Positions 55,497 to 64,000 of a stretch of DNA of 64,000 bases are shown piece by piece (within the stretch, counting starts at the first letter, position 1; every line of letters begins with the position of its first letter). Source of the DNA: Spirochaetia bacterium (GTDB taxonomy: Bacteria; Spirochaetota; Spirochaetia; SZUA-6; Bin103). A program made the translations under genes and the position numbers. The stretch spans positions 288,001 to 352,000 of the forward strand of contig OZ241907.1 in NCBI GenBank assembly GCA_965203515.1, given 5' to 3'. A model generated the notes under the pieces. That model was given only the letters and a program-made list of their open reading frames with translations, searched no databases and had not been told where the DNA came from.

Positions 55497-58400
55497 GTGA
55501 GCGAACGGCTCCTCGACCACGTCGACGTGGTCGGCGATGAGCGGATCGACGCGATCGCCGCTCGCGATGACACGGTGGCCCTGAACGCCGTCGAAGCGGA
55601 GACGCTCGACGGCTGGCAGATCAACGTCGGCCAGCGGAGCATGCCGTTTCGGGTCGGGTACGGGCTCTACCGCACGCCGTCGATGGCGGCGTCGGGCATG
55701 CCGGCCCTGCTGCAGCACCGGTTCTGGATCTCCCCGGAAAAGGAACGGGTGTGCGGCCGCAAGTACGTGGGACTGCTGCGCTACGCCTCGGAGCGTGACG
55801 ACTACCGCTACACCATGCGGGCCGGCTCGGAGCTGCTGGGCACGGTGCGGCCCGAGCGCCGGGACAACCGCCGGCATCTGATCGTCGCCGAGCGGCCGAT
55901 CGAGATCCTCGGCGGCGGCGTGCCGTTCACGGTCCGCGCGGAGGGTACCGGCCCCTGCTATCTGGAGAAGGTGCTGTTTCTCACCGAGCTGCCGGCCGCC
56001 TCGTCGTTCGCGCCGCGCCTGGACCGGCTGAGTACGCGGGTGACCGGCCCCGGAACGGTCGAGCTGCACGGCATCGCCTCCGAGCCGGTGGCGGTGACCG
56101 CGACGGCGACCCCGCTGGAAGGCGCCGGCGCCGCGGTGACCGCCACCGGCGGCGATCCCTCTCCGCTGTTGGCGCTGCCGCTGCGGGGGCTGACCCCGGG
56201 CCGGCCGTATCGGATCGCCGTGGAGGCCCGCGAGCCGGGCGGCGAGGTGACCCGCGCAACCGTCGACCTGCCGGCGGCCGCACCGGCGCGCGAATCGGCG
56301 GCGGAGCTGCGCATCCCGGTCGAGGTGGTCGACTGCGGGCGCGACGACAGCACCGGCGCGGCGCGCTGCGGACCTGCGGCGCCGGCGGGATTGCCGCTCA
56401 CCTTTGCCGTGCCGCTGCCGCGCGGCGCCTTGCGGCAGCCGGCCGCGGCGGTGAGCTTTGCCGCCCCGGACGGGGCGCCGGCGGGGGAAGCGGAGGCGCA
56501 GGTACGGGTGCACGCCCGCTGGCCGGACGGCAGCGCCCGCTGGGCGCTGCTGGACGCCGCCTGTCCCGCCGGCGACCTGCCGGCGCGCGGCGCGGTGCGG
56601 CTCACCCGCGCGGCCGCCGCGGCGCCGGCCGCCGCCGGCGACCTGAGCTGGAGCCGGGCGGACGGCGGGGTGACCGCGAGCAACCGCCACCTGCGGGTGA
56701 CGATGCGGCGCGGCGGCGGCCTGTTCGAGCGGATCGAGGTGCGCCGGGACGGGCGGTGGACGACCGTCGGCCGCGGCGGCGGCTGGCACGGCGCGCTGGG
56801 CAGCGGCGTGCCGCTCGCCTCACCGCAGGTCGAGGAGGTGCGGATCGAGGAAGCGGGGCCGCGGCGGCTGGCGATCCGCGCCGAGCTGCCGATCGCCGAT
56901 CCGCACGGCGTCGAGCACCTGCGCGCCGCGGTGCTGGTGCAGCTCCATGCCGGCCAGCCGTTCCTGACGCTCGCCAACCGGCTGGTGGTGGTCAGTCCGC
57001 TGGCCGGCGCGGCGATGCACGGCGACCTGAGCCATCTGCGCGAGTCCGGTGCGGCCGGCGCCGACGCGGCTGCCGACCGGGCCGCCGACGCGGACGTTGA
57101 CGGCGCCGACCACGAACGGGCGTCGCTGCTGCGCGTGCGCCGGCTGGAGCTGCGGCTGCCATGGCAGCCGATCCGGGCGGCAGGATTGCGCGCGGCAGGA
57201 TTGCGCGCGGCCGGGATGGCCGGCGGCCGGACGGCGGCGCCGCGCCCCGGCGCGCCGGTGCGGGTGGCGCACGAGCACGACCGCGCCTGTCGCGTGGAGG
57301 CGGAGGGCCGGTCCCGCACCGTCGAGGGCCATGCCTCCGGCCGCCTCTGGATCGACTGCGAAGCCGGGCCGTGCCTGCTGGCGCTGCGCGACTTCTGGGA
57401 GCGCTACCCGAAGGCGGTGCGCTGCGATCCGCACGCGATCGCCGTCGAGCTGCTGCCGGCGCTCGGCGACGTCGAGCTGCCGGACTACGAGCGGGAGTGG
57501 CACCGCCTCTACTTCTGGCTCGACCGGCCGTCCGGCTGCTATCGGATCAAGGTCGGCAGCGCCATCACCACGGAGCTGATGCTCTGCTTCGCTGCCGACG
57601 GCGAGCGGCAGAACGCGGCGGCCGACTGGTTTCAGGGTCACCTGGCGGTCCGTCCCGACTTCGACTACGTGGGGGAGACCGGCGTCCTGGAACCGCTGGC
57701 CGCCAAGCGCGGCTCGCCCCATCCGCGGTACGAACGCATGGTCGACCGGGCGCTCGCCGAATGGCTGGAGCACCGCTCCACCCGGCACGAGGTCGGCTTC
57801 ATGAACTACGGCGACACCTTCAAGGGCTCGGCCGAGTCCGGCGGCCTCTGGGAGAACAACGAGTACGACGCACCCTGGTGCCACTTCGTCGAGTTCCTGC
57901 GCGGCGGCGACCCGCGCTGGCTGCCGCTGGGGTGCGAGGCGGCGCGGCACCTGCTCGACATCGACACCTGCAACCACTCTCGGGACCCGGCGCAGGTCGG
58001 CGCCCAGGTCATGCACATGGCCGGCCACGTCGGCGGCTATCTGCCGCCGTTCTTCCGCAACAAGATGGCCGGCTCCACGACCGTGCCGTCGCACACGTGG
58101 GTGCAGGGACCGGCGCTCCACTTCCTGCTCACCGGCGACCCCTTCACCCGCGAAGTCCTGGCGCGCACCGCGCGCCGGATGACCGCCAACCTGCGCTATT
58201 ACTCCCTCGACAACGCCCGCGAGTGCGGCTGGCAGCTCACCCATCTGTGCGCCCTGGACCGGCTCGGCGACGATCCCCGCTACCTCAACGCGGCGGCCAT
58301 CATCGTCGAGCGCGTCCTGGCCGCGCAGCGCCCCGGCGGCGGCTGGGAGCGGATACTCACCGCCAGCCACGGCGGCCGCCGGCTGCCGCGGCCGTTCGGC

Positions 58401-58808
58401 GAGGCCGGCTTCATGGTGGGGGTGCTGCTGTCGGCGCTGCGCCGCTACCATGACCTGACCGGCGATCACCGGGTGGCCGCGGCGATCACCGGAGGAGTGC
58501 GCTGGCTGGTGGAGCGCACCTACGACACCGGGGCCGGGCACTTCCGTTACACTTCGTGCGTGGAAGCGGGCGGCGAACCTTCGGCCGAGTGGTCGGTGCA
58601 GGTGCTGGAAGGGTTGGCCGACGGCAACCGCATCGCCCCCAGCGCCGAGGTCGCGGCGATCCTGCGCCGCAATCTGGCCGACATCGGGCTGACCGGCCAG
58701 GAGCTGCTGGGACGCCCGCGGGTCGGCAAGGCGCTGACCCAGGAAGCGCGCTACGTCCCGACCCTGCTGCGCGCGTTGACCGACGGCGCCGCCGAGAGCC
58801 CGGCCTGA
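55497..58808 (+). CDS. PcRGLX/YetA-like (exo-rhamnogalacturonan lyase-like) multidomain protein with extra N-terminal region
   Basis: T..VPLP.G.L, RWPDGS.RW..LD, RDFW..YPK, G..NYGD, W.NNEYD, ARH..DID, SHTW..G. Confidence 0.65.
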   Translation: MSERLLDHVDVVGDERIDAIAARDDTVALNAVEAETLDGWQINVGQRSMPFRVGYGLYRTPSMAASGMPALLQHRFWISPEKERVCGRKYVGLLRYASERDDYRYTMRAGSELLGTVRPERRDNRRHLIVAERPIEILGGGVPFTVRAEGTGPCYLEKVLFLTELPAASSFAPRLDRLSTRVTGPGTVELHGIASEPVAVTATATPLEGAGAAVTATGGDPSPLLALPLRGLTPGRPYRIAVEAREPGGEVTRATVDLPAAAPARESAAELRIPVEVVDCGRDDSTGAARCGPAAPAGLPLTFAVPLPRGALRQPAAAVSFAAPDGAPAGEAEAQVRVHARWPDGSARWALLDAACPAGDLPARGAVRLTRAAAAAPAAAGDLSWSRADGGVTASNRHLRVTMRRGGGLFERIEVRRDGRWTTVGRGGGWHGALGSGVPLASPQVEEVRIEEAGPRRLAIRAELPIADPHGVEHLRAAVLVQLHAGQPFLTLANRLVVVSPLAGAAMHGDLSHLRESGAAGADAAADRAADADVDGADHERASLLRVRRLELRLPWQPIRAAGLRAAGLRAAGMAGGRTAAPRPGAPVRVAHEHDRACRVEAEGRSRTVEGHASGRLWIDCEAGPCLLALRDFWERYPKAVRCDPHAIAVELLPALGDVELPDYEREWHRLYFWLDRPSGCYRIKVGSAITTELMLCFAADGERQNAAADWFQGHLAVRPDFDYVGETGVLEPLAAKRGSPHPRYERMVDRALAEWLEHRSTRHEVGFMNYGDTFKGSAESGGLWENNEYDAPWCHFVEFLRGGDPRWLPLGCEAARHLLDIDTCNHSRDPAQVGAQVMHMAGHVGGYLPPFFRNKMAGSTTVPSHTWVQGPALHFLLTGDPFTREVLARTARRMTANLRYYSLDNARECGWQLTHLCALDRLGDDPRYLNAAAIIVERVLAAQRPGGGWERILTASHGGRRLPRPFGEAGFMVGVLLSALRRYHDLTGDHRVAAAITGGVRWLVERTYDTGAGHFRYTSCVEAGGEPSAEWSVQVLEGLADGNRIAPSAEVAAILRRNLADIGLTGQELLGRPRVGKALTQEARYVPTLLRALTDGAAESPA
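57177..57218. repeat. In-frame 15 bp tandem repeat (AAGLR) x2 plus partial
   Basis: gcggcaggattgcgc twice, then gcggccgggatg. Confidence 0.8.
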
Positions 58809-58810
58809 GC

Positions 58811-59769
58811 ATGGCCAGCCAGCCGACCGTGGCGCCCGCCGGCCTGCGCCGCAGACTGCCGGCCCTGATCGCACGGGTGCGCAAGGACCGCGCCCTGTAC
58901 GCGATGCTGGCGCTGCCGGTCCTGTTCTTCCTGATCTTCCACTACCAGCCGATGTACGGGGTGCTGATCGCGTTCAAGGACTTCAAGATCAGCAAGGGCA
59001 TTCTGGCAGCCCGTGGGCGGACGACTTCGGCCTCTACCACTTCATCCGCTTCTTTACCTCCTACGACGCCTTTCGCCTCATCAACAACACCTTCCAGCTC
59101 TCCTTCTGGTCGCTGGTGTGGGGCTTTCCGGCGCCGATCGTCCTGGCCCTGCTGCTGCACGAGTGCCGGTTGCCGCGCTTCAAGAAGACCGTGCAGACGG
59201 TCACGTATCTCCCGCACTTCATCTCCATCGTCGCCATCGTCGGCATCCTCACCCTGCTGCTGTCGCCGCGCGACGGATCGATCAACCACATGCTCGCCCT
59301 GCTCGGTCTGGAGAAGATCTACTTCATAGCCGACACGAGGTGGTTCCGGCCGGTCTACGTCATCTCCGGCATCTGGCAGGACGTGGGCTTCGGGGCGATC
59401 ATCTATCTGGCCGCGCTGAGCCGCGCCAATCCCGAGCTCTACGAGGCGGCCACCGTCGACGGCGCCAGCCGCCTGCAGCGCATTCGGCACGTGTCGGTGC
59501 CGAGCCTGGCGGCGGTGGCGATCATCCTGCTGATCCTGCGCACCGGGAGCATCCTGTCGGTCGGCTTCGAGAAGGTGTTCCTGATGCAGAACGACCTCAA
59601 CATCCGCGTCTCCGACGTGATCCAGACCTACGTCTACCGGGTCGGGCTGCGCGGTCTGGAGTTCTCCTTCGGGGCCGCGGTGGGGCTGTTTCAGTCGGTG
59701 GTCGGCCTGATCCTGCTGATCATCGTCAACAAGGTCAGCTCCAAGGTGTCGGAGACCTCCCTGTGGTAG
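58811..59769 (+). pseudogene. LplB-like permease with a 1 nt frameshift near 59006 (real or sequencing error)
   Basis: YQPMYGVLIAFKDFKISKGIL in one frame continues as SPWADDFGLYHFIRFF in another; restored by one base in ctggcagc. Confidence 0.85.
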
Positions 59770-60653
59770 GCGTCCGCCGGATCGAGCGGTTCGACCTGCT
59801 GGTCATCGCGGCGCTGTTCGTGACCGGCGCGGTCACCCTGTACCCGGTCATCAACGTCTTCTCCATCTCGCTCAGCCACCCGAACGAGGTGGCGCGCGGC
59901 ATCACCTGGCTGCCGCGCCGCATCGACCTGAGCGCCTACGACTTCATCCTGGACCATCCGATGATCGGCGTCGGCTACCGCAACTCGCTGCTGTACGTGA
60001 CGGTGGGCACGGCCATCAACCTCGCCATGACCTGCCTGTGCGCCTACCCGCTCTCCAAGAAGGGCCTCGTCGGGCGCAAGTTCGTGATGCTCCTGATCGT
60101 GTTCACGATGTTCTTCTCCGGCGGCCTGATCCCCACCTATCTGCTGGTGCGGGCGCTGGGGATGGTCAACACCATGTGGGCGCTGCTCATTCCGGGCGCG
60201 GTCGCGGCCTACAACATGATCATCCTGCGCACCTTCTTCCAGTCGATTCCGGGCGACCTGGAGGAGTCGGCGTTCCTGGACGGCGCCGGCCGGTGGCGCA
60301 TCCTGGCCAGCATCGTCCTGCCGCTCTCCAAGGCGGGCCTGGCCGCGATCGGCCTGTTCTACGCCCTGGGCCACTGGAACGGCTACTTCAACGCGCTGAT
60401 CTACCTCAATGACGCGGAGAAGTATCCGCTGCCGATGATCGTGCGGGAGATCGTGCTGCAGGAGGTGGTGCTCAAGCGCGCGGAGCTGAGCGGCGACGTG
60501 TTCGACGCGGAGCGCGAGCAGAAGTTCGCCGCCTACACGCAGAACTTCCGCTACGCGACGGTGTTCGTGTCGATCATACCGATGTTGATGATCTATCCGT
60601 TCGTGCAACGTTATCTGGTACAGGGAGTGATGATCGGATCGCTCAAGGAGTGA
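59763..60653 (+). CDS. Carbohydrate ABC transporter permease (LplC-like)
   Basis: AYPLSK, MFFSGGLIPTYL, LEESA.LDGA, HWNGYFNALIY, YPFVQRY.V.GVMIGSLK; start approximate. Confidence 0.93.
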   Translation: MVGVRRIERFDLLVIAALFVTGAVTLYPVINVFSISLSHPNEVARGITWLPRRIDLSAYDFILDHPMIGVGYRNSLLYVTVGTAINLAMTCLCAYPLSKKGLVGRKFVMLLIVFTMFFSGGLIPTYLLVRALGMVNTMWALLIPGAVAAYNMIILRTFFQSIPGDLEESAFLDGAGRWRILASIVLPLSKAGLAAIGLFYALGHWNGYFNALIYLNDAEKYPLPMIVREIVLQEVVLKRAELSGDVFDAEREQKFAAYTQNFRYATVFVSIIPMLMIYPFVQRYLVQGVMIGSLKE

Positions 60654-60752
60654 ACGGCGCCGGGACCGCGCCTGCGCGCGCGGCCGGCCCTTTGTCAAAG
60701 GGAGGCGTCACACAACGCTTCACCCGGAGGGGTGAGGCAGAGGAAGGAAAGG

Positions 60753-62330
60753 ATGAAGAGACTGATTCTCATCCCCACGATGCTCGCGCTGATCGCGGCG
60801 GGAGCTTTTGCGACCGGTGAGGAGGAGGGTTCCGGGGCGGCGCCGACGCTGGTCTACTGGACCGACAACCCGAACCTGACGTCGGACGCGCCGCTGTACG
60901 CCATCGTCCTGGAAGAGGCGCAGGTGCAGCTCGACGTCACCGGGATTCCGGAGGAGTCCTACGGCGACAAGCTCCAGCTTGCGGCGGCCGCCGGCGACAT
61001 GCCCGACGTCATGGGACGGATCATCGACTCGGTCGTGCGGCCGCTCGGCTACGACGGGTTCTTGATGCCGCTCCGCGACGTCACCATGGAAAAGGTGCCC
61101 AACCTGTGGCAGGCGATCGAGATGCGGGGCCTCAACATCGCCGCGCACTCCGGTCTGTTCGGCGACGGCACGGGCGAGTTCTGGATGGCGCCGCGCTTCG
61201 GCTACAATGGCATCTGCAACGCCGCCACCTATCGCGTCGACGTGTTCGACGCCATCGGCATGGACCCGCCGACCACCACCGAAGAGCTGCGCGAGGCGGC
61301 CATGGCGATCAAGGCGGAGTTCCCGGACATGATCCCGATCATGACGCGCGCCGCGTGGGCGACCCGGATGTGGTTCGGGGAGATGTTCGGGATCAAGTTC
61401 GTGCCGATGGGCACGGTCGAGGAGACGACCGACGCCTACCGCGACATGGTCCGGTATCTGGCCGATCTCTACCGGGACGGGCTGATCGATCAGGAGTGGA
61501 TCACCGGCAGCGAGGAGCAGCTCAAGCAGGCGTACAACGCCGGCCGCGTGGCGATGGAGTACGGCTTCGGCGCGTTCTCCATGCCGGGGCGCATCGGCGC
61601 GTTCATGGCCGAGCGCGGCATCACCGCCGAGGATCACGCCGCCTCCAACACGTCCGAAGCGGCCGCCAGGGCGTATGCGGCGCGCTACCATGAGGTCGTC
61701 GGCTTCCTGGACCCGATCACGGTCCAGCCCGGTGACCGGGTGGTGCCGGGGTGCATCTCCAACACCCGCGGCGGCTTCGAGGACAGCGGTCTGTCGGTCA
61801 GCACCTCCGTAGCGGACGAGGACGCCGCCATGCGGCTGCTCAACTGGGTGTACCAGCCGGACGCCAGCGGCCATCATACCGGCGGCTGGGGCCAGCAGGG
61901 CACCGGCTGGGACTTCGATGCCGACGGCGTCGGCCGCACCCTGCCGAGCAAGGACCCCGATTTCCTGGGCGACGCCGCGTTCCGGATGATGCCGGACGTG
62001 GGCCGCGTGTCGTCGAACGCCCTCTATCACACGCTGGTCGACATGGATCGCCGCGTGGCGGACCGCGCCTTCATGGAGACCCGTGACGTGATCGCGTTCG
62101 CGGACGACCGCGACCGCCAGCGCCACAACGACCTGCGCGCGCAGATCGGGCCGATCATCAGCGAGTGGATGGCCAGGTTCGCGACCCTGCAAGCCGACGT
62201 CGACTCCCAGTGGGACGACTATCTGGCCGAGCTGAAGCGGGCCGGGCTCGAGGAGTACGAGCAGCTCAAGAAGGACAACCTGGTCGAAGGTGTCCCGCAC
62301 GTGCAGCCGCTCTCCCAGTTCATGAACTGA
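60753..62330 (+). CDS. Extracellular solute-binding protein (LplA-like)
   Basis: Signal peptide MKRLILI...AFATGEEE; AAGDMPDV, YR.D.F..IG..PPTT.EEL, LY.DGLID.E, WDDY.AEL...GL. Confidence 0.9.
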   Translation: MKRLILIPTMLALIAAGAFATGEEEGSGAAPTLVYWTDNPNLTSDAPLYAIVLEEAQVQLDVTGIPEESYGDKLQLAAAAGDMPDVMGRIIDSVVRPLGYDGFLMPLRDVTMEKVPNLWQAIEMRGLNIAAHSGLFGDGTGEFWMAPRFGYNGICNAATYRVDVFDAIGMDPPTTTEELREAAMAIKAEFPDMIPIMTRAAWATRMWFGEMFGIKFVPMGTVEETTDAYRDMVRYLADLYRDGLIDQEWITGSEEQLKQAYNAGRVAMEYGFGAFSMPGRIGAFMAERGITAEDHAASNTSEAAARAYAARYHEVVGFLDPITVQPGDRVVPGCISNTRGGFEDSGLSVSTSVADEDAAMRLLNWVYQPDASGHHTGGWGQQGTGWDFDADGVGRTLPSKDPDFLGDAAFRMMPDVGRVSSNALYHTLVDMDRRVADRAFMETRDVIAFADDRDRQRHNDLRAQIGPIISEWMARFATLQADVDSQWDDYLAELKRAGLEEYEQLKKDNLVEGVPHVQPLSQFMN

Positions 62331-62350
62331 ACGACGGAGGCCGTTTTTCC

Positions 62351-62386
62351 GGCGGCTCCGGACCGGCGCGTCCGGAGCCGCCTTTT
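62351..62386 (+). terminator. Rho-independent terminator
   Basis: ggcggctccggac-6 nt loop-gtccggagccgcc followed by tttt. Confidence 0.85.
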
Positions 62387-62412
62387 CGACCGCAGCCCGT
62401 TTCACCGGGATG

Positions 62413-62441
62413 TTGACCGGCGTCATCGCATCGTCTACCTT
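62413..62441 (+). promoter_or_regulatory. Sigma70-type promoter for the MBL-fold gene
   Basis: TTGACC-17 nt-TACCTT directly after the terminator. Confidence 0.5.
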
Positions 62442-62513
62442 GCCGGGACCAAAGATACCGATCCGGGCGCCTCGTGAAGGGCGTCGCGTCGGGAACACGA
62501 CAGGAGGAACGCG

Positions 62514-63407
62514 ATGACGTCCAAAGGTCTCAGGCGGGCGGTGACGCTGCTGGCGATGGCAGGCGCGGCAACGGTCGGCGCATACGCGCAGCAGATGCCG
62601 CCGCCGGTCGCCAATCAGCTTGCCGACGGCGTCTATTACTGGTATGCGATGGGGTACGGCAGCCTCGTCGTCGTTTCGGGAGAGGACGTGCTGGTGACCG
62701 AGCCGGCCAACGACCTGCGGGCGCCGATGCTGCAGGCGTACGTCGCCACGCTCACGGACCATCCCATCTCCCACATCGTCATGACGCACGAGCATTTCGA
62801 TCACGTCGGCGGCACCGGTCTGTTCCCGGACGCCGCGGTCTACTGCCACGTCAACTGCCAGCCGATCTTCGACCTGGCGGTCGCGCCGTTCAACGACGTG
62901 CCGGAGGTCGACGAGACCTTCACCGACTTCAAGCGGATCATGGTCGGCGACACGCCCGTGGAGCTCCATCACCTGGGTCCCGGCGACGGCGATGCGACCA
63001 CGGTCGTCTACCTGCCGGGGGAGAAGATCGTCCTGACCGCCGATCTGTACGAAGATCAGCAGCTCACCGGCGCCGCCTGGGTCGATGACAAGAACTTCAC
63101 CGGCACCCGCAACATTCTGAACACCATCAGCGCATGGGACCTGGAGCACGCGCTCACCTCCCATTCCGTTTCGACCGATCCTCAGGTCCTGCGCGACAAC
63201 GCCCAGTACTACAACGATCTCTTCGATGCGGTGTACCAGCAGATGAAGCAGGCGCGGGACGAAGGCGGTCCGTTTGCCGTGTTCGGGCTGCTCGAATCCC
63301 TGCCGGGATCGATCCAACTCGATCAGTACAGCGGTTGGGCGAACTACGACTCCGCGCTCTCCAGTCACGCGCGGCGGATGATGTTTGCCATCTTCCACGC
63401 CGATTGA
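62514..63407 (+). CDS. Secreted metallo-beta-lactamase-fold protein
   Basis: SD AGGAGG; signal peptide; THEHFDHVGG (HxHxDH), TADL, TSHS. Confidence 0.85.
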   Translation: MTSKGLRRAVTLLAMAGAATVGAYAQQMPPPVANQLADGVYYWYAMGYGSLVVVSGEDVLVTEPANDLRAPMLQAYVATLTDHPISHIVMTHEHFDHVGGTGLFPDAAVYCHVNCQPIFDLAVAPFNDVPEVDETFTDFKRIMVGDTPVELHHLGPGDGDATTVVYLPGEKIVLTADLYEDQQLTGAAWVDDKNFTGTRNILNTISAWDLEHALTSHSVSTDPQVLRDNAQYYNDLFDAVYQQMKQARDEGGPFAVFGLLESLPGSIQLDQYSGWANYDSALSSHARRMMFAIFHAD

Positions 63408-63435
63408 CCGCCGATTGACCGGAGTCGTCCCGGGC

Positions 63436-64000
63436 ATGGGCGTGGAGTATCCGCCGGAAGGGCGCGCGCGTACCGATCCGCATACGGGCGCGCGCGTCCG
63501 TCAGGTGACCGACCACCCGTCGATAAACCATCATCCGTTCTACTACCTGCCGCCCATGGACGACGCCATGCGCCACTTGGTGTTCGTCTCGCACCGGAGC
63601 GGACGGCCGGAGATCTTCGTCGAGCAGCAGCAGGACGGGACGCTGGTGCAGCTCACCGAGCACGACGGACTGGCCGAGTGGTCGGTCCACCCCTCCCATG
63701 ACGGCCGCTACGTCTACTTCACCGACGCCGGCGGCGGCTGGCGGGTCGAAGTCGGCACGCGGCGGGAGGAGCAGCTATTCTCGTTCGACGACGGTCGCAT
63801 CGGGGTCGACGGTCACGTCGGCGCGGCCATGGGGACCACCACGGTGAGCCGGGACGACCGCTGGTGGGCGGTGCCGGTGAGCTTCGGGGAGCGCTCCCGC
63901 ATGCTGGTGGTCGCTACCGGCAGCGGCGCCGCCGACTACGTGCTGGAGGCGGACAGCATCGGCCACCCGGAGTTCCATCCCGACGACGCCGAATGGCTGC
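63436..64000 (+). CDS. Oligogalacturonate lyase-like / TolB-like beta-propeller, 3' truncated by window edge
   Basis: Not in the ORF track (no stop): ATG 63436 MGVEYPPEG..TDP.TGA.V.QVTD.P...HH.FYY, LVFVS.R.G, VQLTE, IGHPEFHP.D. Confidence 0.7.
   Translation, partial: MGVEYPPEGRARTDPHTGARVRQVTDHPSINHHPFYYLPPMDDAMRHLVFVSHRSGRPEIFVEQQQDGTLVQLTEHDGLAEWSVHPSHDGRYVYFTDAGGGWRVEVGTRREEQLFSFDDGRIGVDGHVGAAMGTTTVSRDDRWWAVPVSFGERSRMLVVATGSGAADYVLEADSIGHPEFHPDDAEWL

Noticed and set aside
62514..63407. Metallo-beta-lactamase resistance gene
   Set aside because: Only the generic HxHxDH is present; the usual GH motif reads GD and no class B-specific features are recognisable

Overview
High-GC bacterial chromosome segment with about 50 supportable genes and no rRNA, tRNA or CRISPR array. 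Most of it is nutrient uptake and catabolism: one Opp/Dpp-type and three LplB/LplC-type ABC importer sets, all without ATPase genes, plus an orphan solute-binding protein. It also holds GH116, BNR/sialidase, PcRGLX-like and oligogalacturonate-lyase-like proteins, fadJ, a 2-oxoacid dehydrogenase E1 pair with a core-less E2, and kbl-tdh. The middle (about 24.0-36.9 kb) is a mosaic defence island. It contains a low-GC ABC ATPase fragment fused to a headless type III Mod, an ATPase plus TOPRIM-like pair nested between mod and res, and a second decayed ATPase/TOPRIM pair. Two ~95% identical 600 bp dinB-family/promoter units each lead different cargo, including an uncharacterised small protein paired with a catalytically dead ImmA/IrrE-like protein, and a Schlafen/AlbA_2 protein closes the island. 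Best candidates for new biology: (1) a PurA paralogue with intact catalytic residues but a rebuilt guanine pocket, in a catabolic operon; (2) the small-protein plus dead-peptidase module in the dinB-headed cassette array; (3) the RM-embedded ATPase/TOPRIM pair; (4) an Rpn gene with a clear internal SD and GTG for a nested antitoxin. All family calls come from motif recognition by eye, not from database searches.
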